The notes below the pieces were generated by a model. It did no database searches and was not told where the DNA came from. It saw nothing but the letters and a program-made list of their open reading frames with translations. This document shows, one piece after another, positions 48,415-57,449 of a stretch of DNA of 57,449 nt. The translations under genes were made by a program, and so were the position numbers. The stretch is from contig CAUYUJ010000023.1 in assembly GCA_963575745.1 (NCBI GenBank), forward strand, positions 62,001 to 119,449, in the 5' to 3' direction. This DNA comes from Prorocentrum cordatum (taxonomy: Eukaryota). Numbering within the stretch: position 1 is the stretch's first letter; each line of letters starts with the position of its first letter.

Positions 48415-48474
<60 letters not shown>

Positions 48475-48847
48475 GTGTTGTTGTTGTTGTTGGTTTTGTT
48501 GCTGTTGATGGTATTATTGTTGTTGTCGTCGTCGTTGTTGTTGTCGTTGTCGTTGTCGGTGTTGTTGGTGTTGTTGTGGTTGTTGTTTTTGTAGTTGTTG
48601 TTACTGTCGTTGTTGTTGTTATTGTTGTGGTTTGTGTTGTTGTTTTTGTTGTTGTCGTTGCCGTTGTCGTGGTTGTTGTGGTTGTTGTTGTTGTAGTGGT
48701 TGTTGTGGTTGCGTTTGTTGTTGTTGTTGTTGTTGTTGTGATTGTTGTTGCTGTTATCGTTGTTGTTGTCATTGTTGTTGCTGTTGTTGTTATTGTTGTT
48801 GTTGTTGTTGTCGGTGTTGTTGTCGTTGTCGTTGTGTTTGTCGTTGC

Positions 48848-48892
<45 letters not shown>

Positions 48893-49055
48893 GGTTGTGG
48901 TTGTCGTTGCTATTGTTGTGGTGGGTGTTGTTGTGGTTGTTGTTGTCGCTGTGGTTGGTGTTGTGGTTATTGTTGTTTTTGGTGTTGTTATTGCCGTTGT
49001 TGTTGTCGTTGTTGTCATTATCGTTGTTGTTGTCGTTGTCGTTGTCGTTGTTGTA

Positions 49056-49108
<53 letters not shown>

Positions 49109-49274
49109 CGTTGTGGTTGTGGTTGTGGTTGTTGTTGCTCTCGTTGTTTTTTTGTGCTTGTTGTCATTGTCGTTGTTGTGGTTGTTGTTGTTACTGTCGT
49201 TGTTGTAGTTGTTGTGGTTGTCGTTGTTGTTATTGTCGTTGTTGATTTTGCCGTTGTGGTTGTTGTTGTTGTTG
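48205..49274. repeat. ~1.07-kb degenerate (GTT)n array
   Basis: Seen directly. Confidence 0.95.
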
Positions 49275-50034
49275 AACATTATTTATTCTAAAGAATAATT
49301 ATTGTTGGGCCCCCTGGTGCGCGCCCCCCCTGCGCCGCCTAGGCCGCAGCTACATTTTCATCATTTTCGTGAGGAAGCCTCAGAAAAGAGGGTGTGTACA
49401 GGATCCGGTTGTTTTGTTGTAATCCGCTTTCCCTTGCAAAAAACAATAGAAAATGACATTTCTTGTTCTAATATAATCAAATTTCAAGAATCCCTTGCAA
49501 AAAATAAGGTAAAGTGGACATTCGCGCGCGCAAGACGAAATCCTTCCAAAACCTTAGTGTTCGCAGCGATTTTAACATAAAAACATCAAAAAACCAATGG
49601 TTTTTCAAAAAAAAATTGTCAAAATTTCATCCCGCGCGCTCTTGCGGATTCGTAGGAAACCCAACACTTTTTAAACATTTCTGTCAAACGGGCTTTTGCG
49701 AGCAACTTTTTCGAACTTCTGCAACAACGGTTGCGCACCTGCCAGGGCCATCATCCCTGTCAAATAATACCATGCGGGACACATTCGTTTTTTCTTCGCG
49801 CGCGCACGCCGTCGTCGTCGGCCGCGGGGCCCTGAATAGTAGCCACGGTCGTCCGCATGCCACGAAGTGAAGTGTCCGAACGTCATAGGGCGGGAAGCTG
49901 GGTGTGGGTGGTGGCGAAGAGTCGTTTGGAAATTTGGTAGAGCTTGAACCGGCCCCCCCACAAAGTGGGGGTATTGCCCGCCTCCTATGAAAACCCTGGC
50001 ACTGGTGAGAACGGAGTGTCCCCACGTGCTAGTA

Positions 50035-50035
<1 letters not shown>
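49275..50035. mobile_element. (GTT)n-flanked SINE-like element, copy 4
   Basis: Near-identical to copies 1 and 2. Confidence 0.85.
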
Positions 50036-50094
<59 letters not shown>

Positions 50095-50722
50095 GCTATT
50101 GTTGTTGTAATGGTTGTTGTTGTTGTGCTTCTTCTTCTTATTCTTGTTCTTCTTCTTCTTCTTCTTCTTCTTCTTCTTGGGTCGCTGCTCTGCGAGGACG
50201 TCTCGGGCCTCGGAGGTCCGTCACGGTCCGTCGGGGAGGTCGAGGCCCCCGCGGGGTCTGTCGCCACACGGGGTCTTTGGCACTCCTGGGAGGTGGCGGC
50301 CGCCCCAAGTCCGCCAGGTCGCCCGCAGTTGCGCGAGGCGGACCGCTAGTAGGAGGAGGAGGAGGAGGAGGAGGAGGAGGAGGAGGAGGAGGAGGAGGAG
50401 GAGGAGGAGGAGGAGGAGGAGGAGGAGGAGGAGGAGGAGGAGGAGGAGGAGGAGGAGGAGGAGGAGTTGTCGTCCTGCCGTTTGTGGTTCTAATGGAAGC
50501 TCGATCGCCCGCGGGATCCTCGGGTGGCCGAGCGTCGGCGGCGCGCCTGTGGGGGGAGACCTTCGAGGGGACGGCCCCGTGTCGGAGGACTGCGGCGGGC
50601 CGTCTCGCCGACGACGGCCAGGGACACGCGGGCAGGTCTCGTGCCTACGAGCCCAAAGCCGGCGCGCTGCGTCGCCACAGTGGGCGGCACTGGCCTCGGG
50701 TTCCGGATCCGTGGTCCATATC

Positions 50723-50892
50723 TCGAGTAGGGGATCGTCTGCAGAATTGATTTACCCCAAAGTTGTTTTTTCTGGTCGAGTCATTCGGATAATGTTCGTA
50801 GGTCTACGAACCTTCTACGCATTTTTCATGGACTCGATCGACCGACAGATCAAGTTTGGGGTAAGGCAATTCTGTAGAAGACCCCTGCTCGA
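50723..50892. repeat. ~170-bp fold-back with ~43-bp arms
   Basis: TCGAGTAGGGGATCGTCTGCAGAATTGATTTACCCCAAAGTTG pairs with CAAGTTTGGGGTAAGGCAATTCTGTAGAAGACCCCTGCTCGA; apical TTCGTAG-GT-CTACGAA. Confidence 0.85.
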
Positions 50893-52285
50893 ATGTCGGC
50901 GTGCGCCCGCCGAGGCTGATCGAGGGGCGCCGGGTGCACCACAGTCCTGGGCCCCAGGGCGGGTGGGCACGCGCTCCTGGGCAGGCCGTGTCCGCGGACG
51001 ACCTGTGTGCACTGCACCGCGGTGGGGTCTCCCGAGGCGTCGTCGGCCCTCGACCCAGGAAGATGGTACGGTGCGCAGTTTTTCGGCACCGTACCGCGCT
51101 GGACCGTACCGCGTTGGACCGCGTACCCACTCAGGGCAGGAAACCTATGCACAGTACCGCGTTGGAGCGGGGCGTGAATCAAGGGAGGAAAAAGTCACCT
51201 GGACCCGACACTGTACGTGCATTGAAGCGGCCCTGGGCGTTTGATGAAGCCGCCCAGCCCTGTTCGATTCCTTCCCTGGGTGCGGTTCCTGAACGGCTTC
51301 GCTTGTCGGGGTGATTCTTATGGGGGTATGTTGCAGAGGCCTTGCGGCCGCCTCCGCCGACCCTGGCAAGGATGTCGAGGAGGAGGGGGAGGTGGAGGGG
51401 GAGGTGGAGGAGGAGGAGGAGGAGGAGGAGGAGGAGGAGTATGAGGACGACGACGACGAGGAGCCGGAGTAGGAAGAGGAGTGGGAGGGTGAGGAGGAGG
51501 TGGAGGTGGAGGAGGAGGAGGAGGAGGAGGAGGAGGAGGTGGATGCGGAGGTGGATTTTCTGCCCTCCAGCGACGGGAGTCCGGGCATGGAGCGGTGCAG
51601 GGGCGCCGCTCTCCGAGGCTGGGACGGGGCCCCGGGCGGGCGTGGGGCCAGAGCTGGTGCAGGTGGACGGCGGGCGTCCCTGGTAGACGAGGCGGGCTGG
51701 GGCGCTCGGGCTCCTCGAGAGCGGCACGGCGCATCGAGAGCGGCACACCTCGTCGAGTGTTATGATGCTCCAATCTACTTTAGCCTTGATCACCAGAGGA
51801 TTTCGAGCACCCAGGAGGCACCGAATCTTGAGGGTCATCACGTGTCGGGCCCTGGGAGGCGATACTCGTTCGATACTGTTTGGATACTACTGTGGGTGCT
51901 CGGAACTATTTCTGGGATGTGGTCCTTCAGTCGAGTGTGAGGTTCTCTGGCTCGCGGCTGCTGTGTCGCAGGGGGCGGCATGGGATGGGGGATAGGCGGG
52001 GAAGATGGAACGGGGTGGGTCAGAGAGGGGGGCAGCGTGAAGGCGAGGGCATGCATTCTCCCCTTGCGTTGACGAGAGGCGGGAACGGGTAGTGGTAGTG
52101 TAGCTTTTGCAGTATTGGAGTCGGGCTGCAATAATCAGCAGCTGTACTAGCAGAGCTGTGTAATCATGGCAGTAGTCGATATCGTAGTTGCAGCGTCACT
52201 AGCAGTTGTAGTCGTGCCCGAAATCTCGGCAGCAGTCGACGCAGTCATAGTAACGTCGGGGTATGTTGAGGGAGGCGAGAGAGAT

Positions 52286-52318
<33 letters not shown>

Positions 52319-52588
52319 AAAAGAGAGAAAAGAGGAGGAGGAGGAGGAGGAGGAGGAGGAGGATGAGGAGGAGGAGGAGGAGGAGGGAGGAGGAGGAGGA
52401 GGAGGAGGAGGAGGAGAGGAGGAGGAGGAGGAGGAGGAGGAGGAGGTGGAGGTGGAGGTGGAGGTGGAGGTGGAGGTGGAGGTGGAGGTGGAGGTGGAGG
52501 TGGAGGTGGAGGTGGAGGAGGAGGAGGGAGGAGGTAGAGGAGGGAGGATGGGCTCTCACCTCTCGACTGTCCCCGTGTTCTAGCCCAG

Positions 52589-52666
52589 GTGTAGCCCGTT
52601 TCGCCTTCTCACTCGCAGTCAAGGACTTCGTCTACCTGGCGAGCTCGCTCCCCGTAACTAGCCGGG
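52589..52666 (+). CDS. Host 12-aa-repeat protein, exon E ((G)VARFAFSLAVKDFVYLASSLPVTSR)
   Basis: CAG|G acceptor in the phase required by exon D, with the register preserved. The 3' end (G|GC donor) is less certain. Confidence 0.75.
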
Positions 52667-54147
52667 GCCTCTAGATTTTTTGCCAGCGCCAGATCGCGAT
52701 CTTTCTTTTCCCCTCGCTCCCGCTCTTCCCTCCTCCTCGTCGTCTTCTCCCCTCCCCCAACGCGCTCCCTGCTCGTCCGTCCTTCCCCCTTCTCCTTCCC
52801 CCGTGCTCAGCCCGTGCTCCTCCGGCGACGACTCGTGTACGCTCGCCTCTCGCTCTTTTCCGCTGCTGGCCAGCACGTGCACGTCCATGCTCAGGAATCA
52901 GCGTCGAGCTGGGGGGGGATGGGAAGGTAGGGGAGGAGGATGTGGGGGTGGGTGCGACCTACAGTGGAAACCCATGCCAAGAGACCACCTGCTTGCCTCT
53001 AGGGTGCCCTGGGTTTCTCGGGTCTCGATGGTTTTGCTATTGAAAGCGTGACGTTCCCACACCAAGATCAGTGGACGTCCTGGGGTCTCAGGGTTGGGTT
53101 TCTTGTGGTCGAGCTAACACTGTATGTGTGCAGGGGCGGGATGCGAGGGCAGGGAGGAGCTGAGGACGGCTTCTGGAGGCCTCGGGGGGCACGCGCTCCC
53201 GCGCCGTGATCGTGCCGCTGCGGATCGTCGCTGCCATCCTCCACCGCCGCCGTTCCCGCCCTCGTCCTCCGTCCTCGTCCCGCTGCTGCTGCGAGGTCAC
53301 TGCGCCCTCTCCCTCCCCCTCCACCCTTCCGCCTCTGCCCCGTTCTCCTCGTGCTCCTCCCCCCTCATCTTGTCGTCTTTCTGCTTCTCGTCTCTCCTCC
53401 TCCGTTCTGTTCCTCTTTTTTCGGTTCTGCTCGTTTCTGCTTCTCCTGCCTTGACCTCCCCTCTCCTCCCCTCTCCTCCTCCTCCTCCTCCTCCTCCTCC
53501 TCCTCCTCCTCCTCCTCCTCCTCCTCCTCCTCTTCCTCGTTTTTCCAGCACGTGGGCGGGGACGGAGGTCAGGAGGGGATAGATGGGGCAAGGGAGGCGG
53601 AGCGCCGGGCGACGGAGGTCCTGAGAGGTTCTGTGGCGGCCCAGTGCCGGCGGACAGCCGCGGGCTCCGCGAGGCGTGGATTGGGGGGGGGGGGTCGAGT
53701 GGCGCGGGCACCAGGTGGGAAGGGACGCGGGGGAGGGGACGGGGAAGTTCGAGTACTCCTCCTCCTCCTCCTCCTCCTCCTCCTCCTCCTCCTCCGGAAG
53801 AGGCGGCCGGTCGTCGCTGCTCTCGGCCCGGCTCGTTTCACGGCCGATCGGCGGGCACGGTTTGGCGCAGCTCGGCGCAGTTCGGCCGAGGCTTCGCAAA
53901 ACCGGGGCCCACTACGTCGAGTTACGACCAGACCCGCCTTGGCCCCTCGACGCCGGCGCTGGACCTCGTCAACACTGGCAGCCCGTCACCGACTGGCAGC
54001 CCCGGCAGACCTGGCCCCTCGATTCCCGCGTACGGCCTGTGCCGTCCAGGCACGGGGAGGGGGGTCGCCGTCAAAAGCGGGCATGGGGTGCCAGTTGTGC
54101 ACCGACACCTGGCCAGGCCGATCCTGGGCCAACATTCGGCGCCAACA

Positions 54148-55305
54148 TGTATGCATGTGTGTATGGCTGTCTGTCTGTCTGTCTGTCCGTCCGTCCGTCC
54201 GTCCGTCCGTCTGTCTGTCTGTCTGTCTGTAGGTATGTATGCATGCACGCATGCATGCGTGCATGTAATTATGTATGTATGTAGAGATGTATTTATCCAT
54301 GTGTGTATGTATGCTTATATGTAAATAGGTAGGTAGGCATGCACATATGTAACAACGTACGTAGGTATATATATATATATATATATGTATGCATGCATGC
54401 ATGCATGCATGCATGCATGTACGTACATTTGTATATGCGTTTGTATGTATGTATGTATGTATGTATGCGTGTATGTGTGCATGTCTAGATGCATGCATGC
54501 ATGGATGCATCTAGGCATTCACACGTATCTACGTATGTATGTACGCATGCATGCATTTATGCATTTATGTATATATGTATGCATGTATGCATGTGTGCAT
54601 GTATGCATGTATGCATGTATGCATGCATGCATGCATGCATGCATGCAGGCATCCATACACGTGTATTTACATGTATGTGCACATGTATGCATGCACGTAT
54701 GTATGCATGCATACATGTATGCAATTGCACATGCATGTATGTATGCATGCATGTATGTATGTATGCTTGCATGCATGCATGCATGCATGTATGTGTGTGT
54801 ATGTATGTATGTACGCATGTACGGATGTACGTATGTACGTACGTACGTATGTACGTACGTACGTATGTATGCAGGTATACATATATGCATGCATGCATGC
54901 ATGTATGTATGTATGTATGTATGTATGTATGTATACATGTATATATATATGCATGTATGTATGCATGCTTGCATGCATGCATGTCTGTATGTATGTATGT
55001 AATGTATGTATGTATGTATGTATGTATGTATGTATGTATGTATGTATGCATGCATGTATGTATGTATGTATGTATGTATGTATGTATGTATGTATGTATG
55101 TATGTAGGTATGCATGCATGTATGCATGCATGCATGCATGCATGCATGCATGTACACATGTATGTATGTATGTATGTGTGTATGTATGTATGTATGTAGG
55201 TAGGTAGGTAGGTAGGTAGGTAGGTATTTATGTATGTATGTATGTATGTACGTATTTATGTATGTATGTATGTATGTATGCATGCATGCATGTATGTATG
55301 TATGC

Positions 55306-55338
<33 letters not shown>

Positions 55339-55476
55339 TGTATGTATGTATGTATGTATGTATGTATGTATGTATGTATGTAGGTGCATGTGTATGTAGG
55401 CATGTAATTGTGTATGTATGTACACATGTGCATGTATATATTCAGTGATGTATGTATGTTTTAATGCATGTTTGCA

Positions 55477-55507
<31 letters not shown>

Positions 55508-55566
55508 CGGCAGGTCGGCATGCATGCGTGTATGTATGTATGCGTGTATGCATGCACACATACACA
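54148..55566. repeat. (TATG)n/(CATG)n compound tetranucleotide array
   Basis: Seen directly. Confidence 0.95.
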
Positions 55567-55754
55567 CATTATAATCTGAAAGGGCTTCGCCCCCTTCTGC
55601 CCGGCCCCTCTCTCGGAGAATGGGCCATGGAAGAGCGACGTCATGAGTCTTTGGCTTCACCGTGAAGAAGCGTGGGACCTTCATGCGAAGACGATGGGTA
55701 ATTGGCAAGACGAATGGAGATTGCGAGTCTATTGTTGTACTCGCTGTTGTAGGA

Positions 55755-56391
55755 ATTTCAGAAATGTTGCACAGTCCCTTTGTTTTTGGACACTGACCCC
55801 GCCGATCTGCATGAGGGGTGCCAGCAAATTTCAGAAATGTAGCAAATCTTACATGTTTTTGGACCCTGACCCCGCCGATCTGCGTGAGGGGTGCTACCGA
55901 ATGTCAGAAATGTGGCAAATCTCATATGTTTTTGGACCCTGACCCCGCCGATCTGCGTGAGGGGTGCCAGCAAATTTCAGAAATGTGGCAACTCCCATAT
56001 GTTTTTGGACCCTGACCCCGCCGATCTGCGTGAGGGGTGTTACAAAATTTGAGAAATGTGGCAAATCCAAGGTGTTTTTGCAACCTGACCCCGCCGATCT
56101 GCATGAGGGGTGCCAGCAAATTTTAGAAATGTTGCAAATCCCATATGTTTTTGGCCCTTACCCCGCCGATCTGCGTGAGGGGTGCTAGCAAATTTCAGAA
56201 ATGTGGCCAATCCCATGTGCTTTTGGACCCTGACCCCGCCGATCTGCGTGAGGAGTGTTCAGTGTGGCAAATCCCATGTGGTTTTGGTCCCTGACCGCGC
56301 CGATCTGCGTGAGGGGTGCCACCGAATTTCAGACATGTGGCAAATCCTTTGTGTTTTTGGACCCTGACCCCGCCGATCTGCGTGAGGGGTG
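55755..56391. repeat. 73-bp tandem minisatellite, ~9 copies
   Basis: GCCGATCTGC recurs at 55801, 55874, 55947, 56020 and onward; one unit is shortened. Confidence 0.95.
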
Positions 56392-57308
56392 TAGACTTTT
56401 ACCCACCCCAGCAGTTCAGAGCACACGCTCAGGGCGTCGTAAAAATACGCGTTTTGGGCCTCCCCCCTCGCGCGGTCCATCAACAAGGAACAGTAAGCAG
56501 CAAGAAGTCAACAGGGAACAGTAAGCAGCAAGAAGCATGACTGTAACAGTGGAAACTGGAAGCTGCAACTGGTACAGGAAGCCGCGAAGCTTCGGCCTAC
56601 AGCCTGGTGGCCCCACAGGGGGGGCGGCGGATTATGCCCTGCTGGCCAGGCAAGGAGGGCGTACACCCCGATTCTGGGCCCAGGACGGGCCTGGCCAGGA
56701 CCTGTGTCGGTGTGCGGTTGGTGCCCTCCTGCAGGGGGTGGGGCTGCTTTTCCCCCCTTGCCCATCTCGCCCCCCCGCGTTCTCCTCGTCCTCCTCCTCG
56801 TTCTCGTCCTCCTCCTCCTCCTCCTCCTCCTCGCCCGCCTATCCGCTTGAGTGCACCGTGCCACGTTGGCGTCTCCCGAGGCGTCGTCATTGCTCGACCA
56901 AAGCACGCTTTTGTTGCACAGACTTTGTCGGCCCCGAGGGAGGGCCGAGGGAGGCCCCGAGGGAGGGCAGGGACTTTGTCGGCCCCGAGGGAGCAGGCTG
57001 CGCACCATGCTGCGCTGGATGGGATGGGGGGCGAAGTCAGTCCGATCATGGCACGGATCCGCCTCGCCCCCATTTCGCTTCACCAACCCTCCCTCTCCCC
57101 CCTCCGCCCTTCACCGCTTCCCTTCACCAACCTTCCCTCTCCCCCCTCCGCTTTTTACCAAATCCCTTCAACAACCCTCCCTTTACCAGCCCTGCCCCTC
57201 CCTCCACCCTGCATCAGCCCTTCCTCCTCCTCCCCGGCGGGCCGCCGCGGGCGCAAACCATAACGCGCATCCCCAGGCAGCTCCCCGCCAGCTCCCGACC
57301 CTCTTCAG

Positions 57309-57334
57309 TTGAACTCGCCGACTCCCTCGCAGAC
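57309..57334 (+). CDS. Possible exon F of the 12-aa-repeat protein ((V)ELADSLA..)
   Basis: CAG acceptor; G from exon E plus TT gives Val and continues the register. It is short and the donor is unclear. Confidence 0.4.
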
Positions 57335-57449
57335 GTCCACCTGAACGGGCCCAGCGCTGCCCGCGTACGGGTGCTCGCGCTCGGGCAGGACCGCCTCGCC
57401 TGTTTCTGCCGACGGTGTGGAGGAGGAGGAGGAGGAGGAGGAGGAGGAG

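Noticed and set aside
48029..49291. Mucin-like poly-Thr and poly-Val ORFs
   Set aside because: Translations of degenerate (GTT)n.
55755..56391. CRISPR-like array with a conserved core and variable AT-rich part
   Set aside because: The variable parts are diverged copies of one another, so this is a minisatellite.

Overview
Eukaryotic, repeat-dominated genomic DNA with a ~100-N scaffold gap at ~29.1 kb. It is inferred to be dinoflagellate, from three spliced-leader relics and a gene with GA-AG and GC-AG introns. The left half holds an apparently intact ~10.4 kb non-LTR retrotransposon on the minus strand. ORF1 is coiled-coil-like. ORF2 has the unusual order RNase H - APE endonuclease - reverse transcriptase - two C2H2 fingers - degenerate cytosine-methyltransferase-like tail. 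The two ORFs overlap in -1 register at a retrovirus-type slippery heptamer (A_AAA_AAC) followed by a predicted H-type pseudoknot, suggesting a ~3,300 aa ORF1-ORF2 fusion made by programmed frameshifting. The element also carries two internal dinoflagellate spliced-leader relics, one directly before the first ORF2 ATG. The right half hides a plus-strand host gene: 5-6 short exons (40-119 nt) spread over more than 21 kb that splice into an exactly in-register 12-aa repeat protein. The rest is microsatellites, minisatellites, four copies of a (GTT)n-anchored SINE-like element, MITE-like fold-backs and other dispersed repeats. Almost all other ORF-track entries are low-complexity or shadow ORFs. 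All family assignments are by-eye motif recognition; no searches were run.
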